Origin: an uncultured Holophaga sp.
Lineage (GTDB): Bacteria; Acidobacteriota; Holophagae; Holophagales; Holophagaceae
Assembly (NCBI GenBank): GCA_963664825.1
Contig: OY761614.1
Coordinates: 2,016,001 to 2,080,000, forward strand
DNA length: 64,000 nt
Direction: 5' to 3'
In this document: in pieces, positions 47,815-59,960 of the stretch
How the letters are laid out: each line of letters starts with the position of its first letter
Position numbering within the stretch: the first letter of the stretch is position 1
Notes under the pieces: generated by a model
Told to the model about the DNA's origin: nothing
Databases searched by the model: none
Seen by the model: only the letters and a program-made list of their open reading frames with translations
Translations under genes and position numbers: made by a program

Positions 47815-48543
47815 ATGAAGATCGCTGCATGTCTCGCACTTTGCCTCGTCATCCCCCTTCAGGCCGGGAGCCTGGAGGACCTCCGGATGGCCCTGGGTCG
47901 AATGCAGGGTCAGGGCCCCTTGCACGGGACCTACAACGTGAACACGTGGTCCCGGGGAGGGAAGGGCAAGGATATTGAAGAGTCTTCAGGGGCGGCCTCG
48001 GCCTGGGTGGAGGAGGGGGCGGCGGGCCTTCAGATCCGATTGGACCGTGGCCTCCTGAAGCGGGCCGAAGATGAAATTGAGGCCCCCAAGGGCGCCAAGA
48101 AACAGGATTCCCCCACCTCGGGGATCGACGCCATCACGGTTCTGAAGATCCACCGCGCCATGAACTTCGCGCCGAAGTTGGCCAGGCTCCTGGCGACCGG
48201 GCAACTGAAGCGGGAATGCGCAGAAAGCTACCAGGGCAAGCCTTCGCGATTACTGGAGATCCAACTCGCGGCTTCAGCCTCGGGGGAGAAGGATCCCAAG
48301 GGGATGACCTATACCGCAAAAGTGTGGCTGGGGGCCGATGGAATGCCCCTTGGAGCCACCCTCACAAAGATGATGAAGACCAACTTGGTGTTCACCTCCG
48401 TGGACATGACCCTCACGGAGGAATTCGTCTTCTCTCAGGTCTACAACCGCTTGGTGGTCCTCCGCAGCGAGGAACGCATGGCTTCCAAGGCCATGGGCGT
48501 CGAAGGCCAGCAGCGGACCCTCGCCACGTTCACGGTCAAGTAA
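47815..48543 (+). CDS. Secreted hypothetical protein
   Basis: AGGAG RBS, signal peptide and beta-rich sequence. Confidence 0.75.
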   Translation: MKIAACLALCLVIPLQAGSLEDLRMALGRMQGQGPLHGTYNVNTWSRGGKGKDIEESSGAASAWVEEGAAGLQIRLDRGLLKRAEDEIEAPKGAKKQDSPTSGIDAITVLKIHRAMNFAPKLARLLATGQLKRECAESYQGKPSRLLEIQLAASASGEKDPKGMTYTAKVWLGADGMPLGATLTKMMKTNLVFTSVDMTLTEEFVFSQVYNRLVVLRSEERMASKAMGVEGQQRTLATFTVK

Positions 48544-48545
48544 CT

Positions 48546-48580
48546 TTCAAAGGGCCTCGGGATCCCCGAGGCCCTTTGAA
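48546..48580. terminator. Hairpin terminator between convergent genes
   Basis: ttcaaagggcctcggg-atc-cccgaggccctttgaa. Confidence 0.8.
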
Positions 48581-49852
48581 TTACATCTTCTCGCAGACCC
48601 TTTCCATGGCCGCGATCAGGGGCTCGATGCTGCTTTCCTTGAGGGAGCAGAAGGCCAGGCGGATGTAGCGGTCGCCCTGGTTGACGACCCCCACGCTCTC
48701 TTCGGTGATGAGCTTCTGGCGCAGCTCCTCGGCATGGAGGCCATCCCGCAGCCTCAGCAGGCAGAAGCATCCGGCGTTGAAGGGGAGGACCGTCCAATGC
48801 CGGGTGGGGCGGGAGAGGGCCTTCTTGAGCACCTCGAAGCGGCTCTGGAGCACCAGGCGCATCTTCTCGAATTCCGCCTCGTGCCGGGGATCGGCCAGCT
48901 CGAGTTCCATGAGGTATTGGCTGATGCCCACGGGGCTGCCGATGCCGCTGCGGATGAGGCCCATGCACTTGTCCACCAGGATGGCGGCGGAGGCCTGATC
49001 CACGCCGAAGTGCAGGAAGCCCACGCGGCCGCCGAAGAAGGAGAGTTCCTTGGTCACGCCATCGCACTTGAGGGCGATGAGATTCCGGCTCTTCCCGATC
49101 AGTTCGAAGAAGAGGCTCTTGGAGGTGGCGGCGGGATCGAAGACGAGGCCGTGGTAGGCGTCGTCGCAGAAGGCGACCACCGTGCGACTTGCGGAGGCCT
49201 CCACAATCACTTCGGCAATGGCCTTCAATTCGGAAGGCGTGGGGCTATAGCCGTTGGGGTTGCTGGGGAAGTTCAGGAGCAGATGCACCTTGCCCTTCAC
49301 CGAGGCCAGGGTCTCTCGCAGGCCTTCGACATTGAAGCCGCCCTGGGCGTTGTAGAAGGGGAAGGTCTGGAAGCGGCCCTGAAGGCGGATCTGGAAGATC
49401 TGTTCGTAGTTGTCCCAGTAGAGATCGGGGATCACCAGGGTGTCGCCCTCGGCAAAGAAGAGTTCGGCGCCCATGGTCAGGGCGTGGCAGATGCCGGCGC
49501 TGACGGCGCCCAGGCCCACCTGTTCCATGCGGGCATCCTCCTTCACCAGCTTGGCGTGCCAGGCCTTGCGGGCGGTCTCGCGGCCTCCGACGGGGCTGTA
49601 GAGGAAGGCGTCCTTGGGACTCAGCTGGGAGAGCTTCTCGGCCATGGGGGCCAGGGGCAGGGGATGACCCGCGCCGTCCGTGATCTGGCCGATGGTGGCA
49701 TTGATCTGACAGGTCTTGCTCTGGGCGGCCTGGAAGGGGATGCCCTTGGGGAAGAAGGAACGGCGGCCCAGGGGGGAGAGGGCTTCTGAAATGGTGGGAT
49801 TGATGGCCTGGAGGCGGTCGTTGCGGTCCTGGGCCTCAGGGTGGATGGACAT
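48581..49852 (-). CDS. Class I/II PLP-dependent aminotransferase
   Basis: NATIG, NFPSNPNG, DDAY, GVTKE..GGRVG and YIRLAF. Confidence 0.87.
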   Translation of the reverse strand: MSIHPEAQDRNDRLQAINPTISEALSPLGRRSFFPKGIPFQAAQSKTCQINATIGQITDGAGHPLPLAPMAEKLSQLSPKDAFLYSPVGGRETARKAWHAKLVKEDARMEQVGLGAVSAGICHALTMGAELFFAEGDTLVIPDLYWDNYEQIFQIRLQGRFQTFPFYNAQGGFNVEGLRETLASVKGKVHLLLNFPSNPNGYSPTPSELKAIAEVIVEASASRTVVAFCDDAYHGLVFDPAATSKSLFFELIGKSRNLIALKCDGVTKELSFFGGRVGFLHFGVDQASAAILVDKCMGLIRSGIGSPVGISQYLMELELADPRHEAEFEKMRLVLQSRFEVLKKALSRPTRHWTVLPFNAGCFCLLRLRDGLHAEELRQKLITEESVGVVNQGDRYIRLAFCSLKESSIEPLIAAMERVCEKM

Positions 49853-50171
49853 GGGCACCTCGCTGGAACGGGCCCTGGACGGGGTCCTTGAGTAGGGAGA
49901 ATGAAAAAAAACAACGCAGGGCCCTGGGGCCCTCCATTCACGGATTCAGGATCGGGATCGCCTTTGGGGGCGGAGCCTTGGGGCGGAAGACAGATCAGGA
50001 TATCAAGTTCTGAGGCATCCCGGCGACCCCTGGGCGGGGCTTCTCGGGAGAGGCTATCTTCTTGCCTCGGGTGGGTACGGAGCATAGACTTCAGAAACGC
50101 CGGCGTGGTGGGAAGATCCCATATGGATGGGGCTTTTGTTCAGCCGCCCGGACTCTACAGAGAGGGCTCAG

Positions 50172-52019
50172 ATGGGCGCAAGCTTCAAGGCTCCGGATTA
50201 TGTGAAGAACTCAAAGGCCGTGGCCTGGATCCAGGAGGTGGTCGAGCTCTGCCAGCCCGATGCGATCCACTGGTGTGACGGCAGCCAGGAGGAATACGAT
50301 CGCCTCTGCGCCCAGATGGTGGCCTCCGGCACCTTCAAGAAGCTCAATCCCGCCAAGCGGCCCGGTAGCTACTTGGCCCTTTCCGATCCCACCGATGTGG
50401 CTCGCGTGGAGGACCGCACCTTCATCTGCTCCCGCCGCAAGGAGGACGCCGGTCCCACCAATAACTGGATGGAACCCCGCCAGATGAAGGAGAAGCTCAC
50501 GGGCCTCTTCCGGGGGGCCATGAAGGGCCGCACCCTCTACGTCATTCCCTTCAGCATGGGGCCGCTGGGAAGCCCCATCGCCCACATCGGCATCGAGATC
50601 TCCGATAGCCCATACGTGGCCGCGAACATGCGCATCATGACCCGCATGGGCCGCAAGGTCTGGGACGTGATGGGCGAGGGCGCCTTCGTGCCCTGCCTGC
50701 ACTCCGTGGGGATGCCCCTGGCCGATGGCCAGAAGGATGTGCCCTGGCCCTGCAACAAGGTGGACAAGTACATCGTCCACTTCCCCGAGGACCGGGCCAT
50801 CTGGAGTTTCGGATCGGGTTACGGCGGCAACGCGCTTCTAGGGAAGAAGTGCTTCGCCCTGCGCATCGCCAGCGCCATGGCCCGGGACGAGGGCTGGCTG
50901 GCCGAGCACATGCTCATCCTCGGCCTGGAGGATCCCAAGGGCGAGAAGACCTACGTGGCGGCGGCCTTCCCCTCCGCCTGCGGCAAGACCAACTTCGCCA
51001 TGATGGAAGTGCCCGAGCACTTCAAGGGCTACAAGGTGACCACCATCGGCGATGACATTGCCTGGATCAAGCCCAACGCCGACGGGAAATTCCACGCCAT
51101 CAATCCCGAGGCTGGCTTCTTCGGCGTGGCGCCGGGCACCTCCATGAAGTCCAATGCCAACGCCATGCTCTCGGCCCGGGCCAACACCATCTTCACCAAC
51201 GTGGCCCTCACCACGGATGGCGATATCTGGTGGGAAGGCATGACCGACGAGGTTCCGGAAGGGCTCACGGATTGGCAGGGCCAGCCCTTTGATAAGACCA
51301 GCGGCAAGCCCGCGGCGCACCCCAACGCGCGCTTCACGGCTCCTGCCTTCCAGTGCCCCAGCATCGATCCCGCCTGGGAGGATCCCGCGGGCGTGCCCAT
51401 CTCGGCCTTCATCTTCGGTGGCCGCCGGGCCACGACGGTGCCCCTGGTGATGCAGGCCTACAACTGGAGCTTCGGCGTCTACCTGGCCGCCACCATCGGT
51501 TCCGAGATGACTGCCGCCGCCGCGGGAACCCTGGGCGTGGTGCGACGCGATCCCATGGCCATGCTGCCCTTCTGCGGCTACCACATGGGGGAATACTTCA
51601 ACCACTGGCTCCAGATGGGCCGCCAGATCGCCGATCCTCCGCGCATCTTCTGCGTGAACTGGTTCCGCAAGGGTAGTGACGGCAAGTTCCTGTGGCCGGG
51701 CTATTCCGAGAACTTCCGCGTGCTCAAGTGGATCGTGGACCGGGTCCACGGCCATGCCTACGCCCGGGAACGGGAGCTGGGATACGTGCCCCGCTCCGAG
51801 GACCTGGATCTCGAAGGTCTGGAAGGCTTCACGCCCGAACAATCCGAGGCCGTGCGCCGCATCGACCGGACCGAGTGGCGCCGCGAGTTGCTGCTGCACG
51901 AGGAACTCTTCGAGAAGCTCTACGACAAGCTCCCCAAGGAGTTCCAGCATATGCGCCAGCTCCTCCTGTCGAACCTCTGGCGGAGCCCTGAGGACACGGG
52001 GCTGGCCCCGGAGCGGTAG
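50172..52019 (+). CDS. pckG: Phosphoenolpyruvate carboxykinase (GTP)
   Basis: [32 protein letters not shown] and GDDIAW. Confidence 0.96.
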   Translation: MGASFKAPDYVKNSKAVAWIQEVVELCQPDAIHWCDGSQEEYDRLCAQMVASGTFKKLNPAKRPGSYLALSDPTDVARVEDRTFICSRRKEDAGPTNNWMEPRQMKEKLTGLFRGAMKGRTLYVIPFSMGPLGSPIAHIGIEISDSPYVAANMRIMTRMGRKVWDVMGEGAFVPCLHSVGMPLADGQKDVPWPCNKVDKYIVHFPEDRAIWSFGSGYGGNALLGKKCFALRIASAMARDEGWLAEHMLILGLEDPKGEKTYVAAAFPSACGKTNFAMMEVPEHFKGYKVTTIGDDIAWIKPNADGKFHAINPEAGFFGVAPGTSMKSNANAMLSARANTIFTNVALTTDGDIWWEGMTDEVPEGLTDWQGQPFDKTSGKPAAHPNARFTAPAFQCPSIDPAWEDPAGVPISAFIFGGRRATTVPLVMQAYNWSFGVYLAATIGSEMTAAAAGTLGVVRRDPMAMLPFCGYHMGEYFNHWLQMGRQIADPPRIFCVNWFRKGSDGKFLWPGYSENFRVLKWIVDRVHGHAYARERELGYVPRSEDLDLEGLEGFTPEQSEAVRRIDRTEWRRELLLHEELFEKLYDKLPKEFQHMRQLLLSNLWRSPEDTGLAPER

Positions 52020-52026
52020 ATCCATT

Positions 52027-52080
52027 CTTTGCCGCGCGGAGTCCTGCGGGATTTCGCGCGGCAAGGGCTTTATTCTTTTT
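52027..52080 (+). terminator. Rho-independent terminator
   Basis: ttgccgcgcggagtcc-tgcg-ggatttcgcgcggcaa followed by a T-rich tract. Confidence 0.7.
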
Positions 52081-52096
52081 GACGAGGGAACCCCTC

Positions 52097-52417
52097 TCAG
52101 AACGTGAGCAGCTTGTCGGCCCACTCCACCATCTCCAGGCAGTCCGCCATGGTGGATCTGGGGCAGGCCTCTGATGAGTCCTGATCCCTGGATTTCAGGC
52201 AGGTGCCGCAAGCCAGGACGAGGCCCCCCGCGAAGGCGAAGGCCTCGAACTGAGCCTTGGCGCTGTAGGGCTCGGCGTCGAGGGTGGGGGCCTCCACGCC
52301 GGCGCTCATGAGAAAGACCTTCACCGCGTGGCCCTTCTTCAGGGCCGCGTTGGCCAAGCGCATGGCATTCCAGGCCTTCTCCGGCTCGTTTGTCTCGATC
52401 AGGATGCCCAGTTTCAT
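52097..52417 (-). CDS. DsrE/DsrF-like family protein
   Basis: NAMRLA..VKVFL..GVE, ACGTCL and WADKLLTF. Confidence 0.82.
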   Translation of the reverse strand: MKLGILIETNEPEKAWNAMRLANAALKKGHAVKVFLMSAGVEAPTLDAEPYSAKAQFEAFAFAGGLVLACGTCLKSRDQDSSEACPRSTMADCLEMVEWADKLLTF

Positions 52418-52715
52418 GACGCCGACTCCGATGAAGTGGAAGGCCCCCCGGTAGGTCTGATACAGGATGCGGCTCCGGCTTCGGATGTCCAGACCTAAGC
52501 CTTCGGGGCCTCCAGGATTCGATCCTCCAGAGGGGCAGCGGCCCGGTGAAGGGCGGGAGGGCCTCTGTTGATGCGGGTCTCCGGAATGGATTGCAGCGGG
52601 CTGTCCTGGGACCTATAGTTTTCCAAACCCGTAAATACGCTCTCCTCTTGGAATAACCGCCTGGTCTCAATTGGCCTGATTCACTCGGGCCGAGGGCAGA
52701 CTTGAAGGAGCTCTC

Positions 52716-55241
52716 ATGGTTGTGCCCGCGCCCTCCTCGCTCCACCTGGATCTGCTGGCCCCCCTTTCGGGGCTCATGGTGCCCCTGGCTGAGGTGCCTG
52801 ACCCGGTTTTCGCCCGCAAATTGGTGGGCGATGGCGTCTCCATCGATCCCACCTCCTGGGAGCTCCTGGCGCCACTTGCGGGCACGGTGACTCAGTTGCA
52901 TAGCGCCCACCATGCCATCGCCATCACTTCTCCCGAGGGTGTGGAGGTGCTGCTGCACCTGGGCCTGGATACGGTGATGCTCAAGGGGGAAGGCTTCACA
53001 CCCAAGGTCCGCCTGGGCGACCGGGTGGAAGCCGGCCAGCTCCTCATCACCTTCGATCCCGTTCGGGTGGGGCGCCAGGCCAGGAGCCTGCTCACCCAGA
53101 TGGTGCTGCCCGGAGGCAGACAGATTCTGTCCATGGAGGCTGCTACCGGCCTGGTGGTGGCTGGGCGAGACAGGGTCTTGAGGCTGGAACTCAAGAGTAC
53201 CGGCCCGGAGGCGACTCCCCAGAGCGGTGAAACGGTGACTTCAGGGCCCGTAGTGGTGCGCAATCGCTCCGGCCTTCACGCCCGGCCCGCGGCGATCTTG
53301 GTGGCCGCCGCCAAGCACTTTAGCGCCACGATCCATCTGGTGCGGGGTGGCGAGGAAGTGAACGCCAAGTCCGTGGTGGCCATTCTCGCCTTTGAGGTCA
53401 AGGAGGGGGACACCCTGCAGGTGAAGTCCACGGGCCCAGATGCCCGGGAGGCTTCCAGTGCCCTGGCGGCCCTGCTGGCCGAAGGTCGGGATGAGGCCCC
53501 AGGATCGGTGGTCGTGGCGCCTTCGGTGCCAAGTCCCAAGGCCCTTGCCCTGGGCGTGGGCGAACTGGGAGGGATGGCTGCGGCCCCTGGTTTGGCGGTG
53601 GGCCACGTGTTCCAGTACCGGCCCGAAATTTTGGCCGTGGTGGAGCTTGGCCAGGGTCCGGCCCAGGAAGGGGCCCACCTGGAGGCCGCCCTGGGCGAGG
53701 CCGGCTCCCAGCTCGAGGCCATCAAGGCCCGGATGCAGGCCACCGCCGATCTGAGCCTAGTGGGCATCCTGACGGCCCACCAGGAACTCCTGGCCGATCC
53801 CGAGCTCCTGGAACAGGCCCGGGCCTTGATTTCCCAGGGCAAGAGTGCGGCCTTCGCCTGGAAGGAAGCCTTCAATGGGGGAGCGGCGAGGCTGAGTGCG
53901 TTGAATTCGCCCCTGCTGCGGGAGCGGGCCAATGATCTCCGGGATGTGGGGCGCCGGGTTCTGGCCCTGCTCACGGGTTCCACCCAGGCCGGGCCAGAGA
54001 TGCCCGCGGACGCGATCCTCATCACCGAGGAGCTGCGCCCTTCGGAGGCGGCCCAGCTGGACCCCGCCCAGGTGCGGGGCCTCTGCACCACCAAGGGCGG
54101 CCCCACAGGCCACGTGGCCATTCTGGCCCGGTCCCTGGGGATCCCGGCCATCTGCGGCATCGATGAAGCGGCCCTCAGCCTGCCCGGGCAGACCCTGGTG
54201 GTGCTGGATGGCAACCGGGGGATCCTGAACCGCCAACCCAGCGAATCCGAATTGGGCCAGGCCCGCCAGCAGATCGAATTGCAACTCGTACAGCGGACCC
54301 GGGACAGGTCGGCGGCCCAAAAGCCCGCGGTGACTTTGGACGGTTTTTGCATCGAAGTGGCCGCCAATATCCGCAATGCCAAGGAAGCTCAGGAAGCCAT
54401 CGCCGCTGGAGGAGACGGCGTGGGGCTGCTGAGGAGTGAGCTGCTCTTCCTGGATCGCTCCGATCCTCCCACCGAGGAGGAACAGGCCGAGGCCTACAGC
54501 GCCGTGGCCAGGATCCTTGGCCGGGACCGCAAGCTGGTGATCCGCACCCTGGATGTGGGGGGAGACAAGCCCCTGGCCTACCTGCCCCTGCCCCAGGAGG
54601 CCAACCCCTTCCTAGGCATGCGGGGGATCCGGGTGAGTCTGGACCAGCCCGAGCTCTTCCGCACCCAGTTGAGGGCCGTCCTGCAGGCCGCGCCCCTGGG
54701 GGATCTGCATCTCATGTTCCCCATGATCGCCACCCTGGAAGAGCTGCGTGCCGCCAAGGGGATCCTGGCCGAAGAGGCCAAAACCCTGAATCGCAGGATC
54801 AAGGTGGGCGTGATGATCGAAGTGCCCTCGGCGGTGCTGATCGGGGACGCCCTGGCTCAGGAAACGGATTTCTTCTCCATCGGCAGCAACGATCTCACCC
54901 AGTACTGCCTGGCCATGGACCGGGGCCACCCCAAGCTGGCTCCACAGGCCGATGGGCTTCATCCCAGTGTGCTCAAGTTGATCGGTCTCACCGTGGAGAG
55001 CGCCCACCGGCACGGCAAGTGGGTGGGCATCTGCGGCGGACTGGCCTCGGAGAGTATCGCCCTCCCGGCGCTGCTGGGTCTGGGCCTCGACGAACTCTCC
55101 GTGAGCGTGCCCGCCATCGGCGCGGTCAAAGCCCGGATCTCCCGATTGAAGAAGGCCGAATGCGAAATCCTGGCCCGGGAGCTCCTGAGCCTGGGCACGG
55201 CCGCGGAAGTGCGGGAGCGCCTCACTGCCTTTGCCGAATAA
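52716..55241 (+). CDS. Multiphosphoryl transfer protein EIIA(Glc)-HPr-Enzyme I
   Basis: VPDPVFA..GDG and HLGLDTV (EIIA); GLHARPA (HPr); TGHVAI, RTLDVGGDK and FSIGSNDL (EI). Confidence 0.93.
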   Translation: MVVPAPSSLHLDLLAPLSGLMVPLAEVPDPVFARKLVGDGVSIDPTSWELLAPLAGTVTQLHSAHHAIAITSPEGVEVLLHLGLDTVMLKGEGFTPKVRLGDRVEAGQLLITFDPVRVGRQARSLLTQMVLPGGRQILSMEAATGLVVAGRDRVLRLELKSTGPEATPQSGETVTSGPVVVRNRSGLHARPAAILVAAAKHFSATIHLVRGGEEVNAKSVVAILAFEVKEGDTLQVKSTGPDAREASSALAALLAEGRDEAPGSVVVAPSVPSPKALALGVGELGGMAAAPGLAVGHVFQYRPEILAVVELGQGPAQEGAHLEAALGEAGSQLEAIKARMQATADLSLVGILTAHQELLADPELLEQARALISQGKSAAFAWKEAFNGGAARLSALNSPLLRERANDLRDVGRRVLALLTGSTQAGPEMPADAILITEELRPSEAAQLDPAQVRGLCTTKGGPTGHVAILARSLGIPAICGIDEAALSLPGQTLVVLDGNRGILNRQPSESELGQARQQIELQLVQRTRDRSAAQKPAVTLDGFCIEVAANIRNAKEAQEAIAAGGDGVGLLRSELLFLDRSDPPTEEEQAEAYSAVARILGRDRKLVIRTLDVGGDKPLAYLPLPQEANPFLGMRGIRVSLDQPELFRTQLRAVLQAAPLGDLHLMFPMIATLEELRAAKGILAEEAKTLNRRIKVGVMIEVPSAVLIGDALAQETDFFSIGSNDLTQYCLAMDRGHPKLAPQADGLHPSVLKLIGLTVESAHRHGKWVGICGGLASESIALPALLGLGLDELSVSVPAIGAVKARISRLKKAECEILARELLSLGTAAEVRERLTAFAE

Positions 55242-55274
55242 ATACGATTCGAATACCTGCGCTGGAGTCGGGCC

Positions 55275-57077
55275 ATGTCCACGTCTTTCCTGAGCGTCCT
55301 CAAGAATCTGAACCTGTTCGGTGCCCTTCAGAAGATCGGCAAGGCCCTGATGCTGCCGGTGGCCGTGCTGCCCGTGGCGGGGCTCCTGCTGGGCATCGGC
55401 GCGGCTCACTTCGGCATCATCCCCGCCCAGGTCTCGAACATCATGAAGGCCTCCGGGGACGTGATCTTCGGCAATCTGCCCCTGATATTTGCCATCGGCG
55501 TGGCGTTGGGGTTTACCGATAACGACGGCGTCGCAGGCATCGCGGCCACCGTGGGTTTCCTGGTGATGAACGCCACCCTGGGCGTGATGGCGGGCATTTT
55601 CAAGGTGGCGCCGTCTTTGGTGATGGGCATTCCCTCCATGGAGACCGGCGTCTTCGGAGGCATCCTGGCCGGGGGCCTCGCGGCCTTCATGTTCAACCGC
55701 TACTACCGGATCGCCCTGCCCACCTACCTCGGGTTCTTCTCGGGCAAGCGCTTCGTGCCCATCATCACCGCCGTGGGCGCCATTGTCCTGGGGGTGGTCC
55801 TTTCGGTGCTGTGGCCGCCGGTGCAGGCGGGCATCAACCACTTCTCCCACTGGGCCGCGGTCGCCAGTCCCCGTTCTGCGGCCACGCTCTATGGATTCGT
55901 GGAGCGGCTCCTGCTGCCCTTTGGCCTTCACCACATCTGGAACGTGCCCTTCTTCTTCGAGAGCGGGTCCTTCCATGAGGCCTCGGGTCGGGTCGTGAGC
56001 GGCGACATCAACCGCTTCTTCGCCGGGGATCGCACGGCGGGCATCCTGGCCGGGGCTTTCCTGTTCAAGATGTTCGGCCTGCCAGGCGCAGCCCTTGCCA
56101 TCTGGCAGAGCGCCAAGCCCGAGAACCGCGTGCGGGTGGGTGGCATCATGATTTCGGCGGCGCTCACGTCCTTCCTCACGGGCATCACCGAACCCATCGA
56201 GTTCTCCTTCATGTTCGTGGCCCCGGTCCTCTACCTCGTCCATGCGCTGCTGGCGGCCTCCACCCAGTTCCTGGCAAACACTCTGGGCATGCACATGGGC
56301 TTCACCTTCTCCCAGGGCGGCATCGATTTCGTGATGTTCAATGTCCTGGGTCCAAATGCCCAGAGATGGTGGCTGGTGCTGGTGCTGGGACCGGCCTATG
56401 GCGCGCTCTACTACGGCCTCTTCCGGTGGTCGATTCCGTTCTTCAACCTCAAGACGCCGGGGCGGGAAGATATCGACTCGGCGGCGGCCTATGCCACGAG
56501 TGGCGATCAGCGGGCCCGGGAACTGGTGCTGGCCTTCGGGGGGCGCAGCAATATCACGGCCTTGGATGCCTGCATCACCCGGCTCCGGGTCTCCGTGCGG
56601 GAGCCCGGGCGGGTGGACCGGGCCAGGCTCAAGGCCATGGGGGCTGCCGAAGTGCTCCAGGTGGGCAATAGCCAACAGGCGATCTTCGGACCGGCTTCCG
56701 AGAACCTCAAGACCGATATGCAGATCTATCTGAAGGCCGCCGGGGCCGAGGCCGAGGGCCCGGTGGGCAATGCCCCTCCAACGCCCCACCCCATGCCCGA
56801 CTTGCCTCCTCAAGTGGCTCCCATTCCTGAATCCATGGGGCGGCGGATCGAAAGCCTTCGGGCGGCCCTGGGTGGAGCGGGCAACATCAAAGCCCTGGAA
56901 GCCGTTGCCCTCACACGTCTGCGTGTGAGCCTTGCAGACCCGGGGCTGATGGACGCCAAGGCTCTGGAGTCCGCCGGAGTGAAGGCGGTCATGATTCTGC
57001 CCGGGCAGCAGCGGGATCTCATCGTCGGCCTGGAGGCCGAGCAACTGGCAGGAGGGCTGGCCCCTGGGGAAAACTGA
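55275..57077 (+). CDS. ptsG: PTS glucose-family EIICB with a second EIIB-like domain
   Basis: [30 protein letters not shown] and a second [11 protein letters not shown]. Confidence 0.85.
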   Translation: MSTSFLSVLKNLNLFGALQKIGKALMLPVAVLPVAGLLLGIGAAHFGIIPAQVSNIMKASGDVIFGNLPLIFAIGVALGFTDNDGVAGIAATVGFLVMNATLGVMAGIFKVAPSLVMGIPSMETGVFGGILAGGLAAFMFNRYYRIALPTYLGFFSGKRFVPIITAVGAIVLGVVLSVLWPPVQAGINHFSHWAAVASPRSAATLYGFVERLLLPFGLHHIWNVPFFFESGSFHEASGRVVSGDINRFFAGDRTAGILAGAFLFKMFGLPGAALAIWQSAKPENRVRVGGIMISAALTSFLTGITEPIEFSFMFVAPVLYLVHALLAASTQFLANTLGMHMGFTFSQGGIDFVMFNVLGPNAQRWWLVLVLGPAYGALYYGLFRWSIPFFNLKTPGREDIDSAAAYATSGDQRARELVLAFGGRSNITALDACITRLRVSVREPGRVDRARLKAMGAAEVLQVGNSQQAIFGPASENLKTDMQIYLKAAGAEAEGPVGNAPPTPHPMPDLPPQVAPIPESMGRRIESLRAALGGAGNIKALEAVALTRLRVSLADPGLMDAKALESAGVKAVMILPGQQRDLIVGLEAEQLAGGLAPGEN

Positions 57078-57177
57078 AGCCCACGTCGAGGCAGGGGAAA
57101 GCGACGTTTCGAATGCGAGGGGGGGGCATGGGGCCCCTCGGATCGCACCTGTCCTATCCTAGAAATAGGTGGCCGCC

Positions 57178-59751
57178 ATGTCCCTGCTTCCCCTTACCCA
57201 GAAAGCCAACGATGCCCTGGTGGGCGCCCGCAACCGGGCGATGGAGGGCCAGCATCCGGAGCTGCTGCCCCAGCACCTCTTCGCGGCGCTCCTGACGCCG
57301 GAGATGGGGCTGCGCCCCGTGCTGGAACGTTCGGGCCTGGCGACGGAATCCGTCTCGGCCCTGCTGGACGGCGCCGAGGCCCTGCTGGCCAAATTGCCCA
57401 AGGCCCTTGGGGGCGCGGAGCCTCAGCCGGGACCGGCCTTCCGCAATCTCCTGGAACTGGCCAGCGATACGGGGCGGGGTCTGGGTGATCGCTACATCGC
57501 CACCGACGCCATGCTGCTGGCCTTTGCCAACGCGCATACGGACGTGAAGAAGCTGCTGGCCTCCTTCGGTCTGGACCGCAGACGGCTGGAAACGGCCATT
57601 CGGGAGAGCCGCAAGGGCGCGCGCGTGGAGGACGAGAGGGCTGAGGAGAAGTTCGCCAGCCTGGAAAAGTTTGCGAAGGATTTCACCACCCTGGCCGAAA
57701 GCGGCAGGCTCGATCCCGTTATCGGGCGGGATGAGGAGATCCGCCGGGTGCTGCAGGTGCTCTCCCGGCGCACCAAGAACAACCCCGTCCTCATCGGCGA
57801 ACCCGGTGTGGGCAAGACCGCCATCGTCGAAGGGCTGGCCCAGCGCATCGTGAAGGGCGACGTGCCCGAGGGGCTGAAGGGCGTGCGCCTCATGGGCCTG
57901 GATATGGGTTCCCTGGTGGCGGGCACCCAGTATCGGGGCCAGTTCGAGGAGCGTCTCAAGGGCGTGCTCCAGGAGATCGAAGCCAGCGACGGCAAGATCA
58001 TCCTCTTCATCGACGAGCTGCATCTGTTGGTGGGCGCGGGCCAGACCGAAGGCAGCATGGACGCCGCCAATCTATTGAAGCCCGCCCTGGCCCGGGGCGA
58101 TCTGCGCTGCATCGGCGCGACGACCCTGAACGAGTACCGCATGCACGTGGAGAAGGACGCGGCCCTGGAGCGGCGCTTCCAGCCGGTCCTGGTGGCTGAG
58201 CCCAGCCTGGAGGATTCCGTTTCCATCCTGCGGGGCCTGAAGGAACGCTACGAACTGCACCACGGGGTGCGCATCCGGGACGCCGCCCTGGTAGAGGCGG
58301 TGAATCTCTCCCAGCGCTACATCGCCGATCGCTTCCTGCCGGACAAGGCCGTCGATCTCATGGATGAGGCGGCCTCCGGCGTGAGAATGCAAATCGATTC
58401 CAGGCCCATCGAGATCGATGTGCGGGAGCGTCGCGAGATGCAGCTCCAGCTGGAGCGCCATGCCCTCACCAAGGAGAAGGATGCCGCCAGCAAGGCGCGC
58501 CTCGTGGAGCTGGAAAAGGAATGGGGCGAACTCCACGAGGAGTTGAGCCGCCTGCGCGCCACCTGGGAGCTGGAGAAGAAGGGGATCGAGGCCACCCGCG
58601 CCCAGCAGAAGCGCCTGGACGATCTGCGCATCGAGCTGGAGCAGGCCAAGGGGAAGGGCGAGTACGAAAGGGCGAGCCGCCTGGAATACGGCGAGATCCC
58701 TGTCCTGGAAAAGCAGATCGAGGCGGCCTCCCACCGGGAGGGCGCCATGCTGCGCCTGGAAGTGGGCGAGGAGGATGTGGCCCAGGTGGTGAGCAAGTGG
58801 ACGGGCATCCCCTTGGCCCGGCTCATGGAGGGGGAAGTCCAGAAGCTGCTCGCCATGGAGGCGCGCCTGGGGCAGCGGGTGGTGGGCCAGGAGCCCGCCC
58901 TGCGGGCCATCAGCGAGGCCCTGCGCCGCAACCGGGCGGGCCTCTCGGATGCCAAGCGCCCCATCGGTTCCTTCCTGTTCCTGGGTCCCACGGGGGTGGG
59001 CAAGACGGAAGTGGCCCGGGCCCTGGCGGAATTCCTCTTCGATTCGGAAACCGCCATGGTCCGCCTGGACATGAGCGAATACACCCACGAGGCGGATGCC
59101 ACGCGGCTCACGGGGGCTTCTCCCGGCTACATCGGCTACGAGGAGGGGGGCCGCCTGACGGAGGCCGTGCGGCGGCGCCCCTATTCGGTGCTCCTGCTGG
59201 ACGAGATGGAAAAGGCCCATCCGCACATCTTCGATCTCTTCCTCCAGGTGCTGGAGGATGGCCGCCTCACGGATGGCCACGGCCGCACGGTGAATTTCCG
59301 CAACACGATCATCATCATGACGAGCAACGTGGGCTCCGACGCCATCTTCGAGGCCGGGGGCGAGGTGGCCAAGGCCCAGGAGGCCGTCAATCTCGCGCTG
59401 CGGGCCCACTTCAGGCCCGAGTTCCTCAATCGCGTGGACGAGGTGGTGAGCTTCCGGACCCTGGACCAGGCCGATATGAAGGCCGTGGCCAAGATTCAGC
59501 TGGGGCGCCTGGAATCTCAATTATTAGAGAAACGCATCGGCCTCCAGGTGGGCGATGAGGCCCTGGAGTGGTTGGCGAGGGAAGGCTTCGATCCCCAGCT
59601 GGGTGCGCGCCCCCTCAAGCGGCTCATCCAGCAGGTGGTGGTGAATCCCCTGTCGAGACAGCTGCTGGAGGGCCGGCTCAAGTCCGGCGAACTGGCCGTC
59701 CTGAGCGTGGTGGATGGGGAATTGCATGTGGAAGGGGAGGCCTTACAGTAG
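57178..59751 (+). CDS. clpB: ATP-dependent chaperone ClpB
   Basis: Two AAA+ modules ([16 protein letters not shown]) with a long coiled-coil middle domain. Confidence 0.93.
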   Translation: MSLLPLTQKANDALVGARNRAMEGQHPELLPQHLFAALLTPEMGLRPVLERSGLATESVSALLDGAEALLAKLPKALGGAEPQPGPAFRNLLELASDTGRGLGDRYIATDAMLLAFANAHTDVKKLLASFGLDRRRLETAIRESRKGARVEDERAEEKFASLEKFAKDFTTLAESGRLDPVIGRDEEIRRVLQVLSRRTKNNPVLIGEPGVGKTAIVEGLAQRIVKGDVPEGLKGVRLMGLDMGSLVAGTQYRGQFEERLKGVLQEIEASDGKIILFIDELHLLVGAGQTEGSMDAANLLKPALARGDLRCIGATTLNEYRMHVEKDAALERRFQPVLVAEPSLEDSVSILRGLKERYELHHGVRIRDAALVEAVNLSQRYIADRFLPDKAVDLMDEAASGVRMQIDSRPIEIDVRERREMQLQLERHALTKEKDAASKARLVELEKEWGELHEELSRLRATWELEKKGIEATRAQQKRLDDLRIELEQAKGKGEYERASRLEYGEIPVLEKQIEAASHREGAMLRLEVGEEDVAQVVSKWTGIPLARLMEGEVQKLLAMEARLGQRVVGQEPALRAISEALRRNRAGLSDAKRPIGSFLFLGPTGVGKTEVARALAEFLFDSETAMVRLDMSEYTHEADATRLTGASPGYIGYEEGGRLTEAVRRRPYSVLLLDEMEKAHPHIFDLFLQVLEDGRLTDGHGRTVNFRNTIIIMTSNVGSDAIFEAGGEVAKAQEAVNLALRAHFRPEFLNRVDEVVSFRTLDQADMKAVAKIQLGRLESQLLEKRIGLQVGDEALEWLAREGFDPQLGARPLKRLIQQVVVNPLSRQLLEGRLKSGELAVLSVVDGELHVEGEALQ

Positions 59752-59960
59752 GCCGCAACCCCTCGCCATGCTCGTCGGCGGGGCAGTCAAAAATTTATCT
59801 CAACAGGTAAAAATTTCTTGATCCAGCCCTGAACTCCTATATGATTTTATCTGTGCATTTTTAAATAATTTGCACGTTTTTTGTCTATGAAGCTTTACAT
59901 GTCTGGTCTCGGTATCATCTGCCCCTCCAAACGTGCGACCAGGGTGAAGGGAGACAGACT

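Noticed and set aside
59866..59885. Sigma54 promoter upstream of xdh (ttgcacgttttttgt)
   Set aside because: Both the invariant GG and GC dinucleotides are missing.
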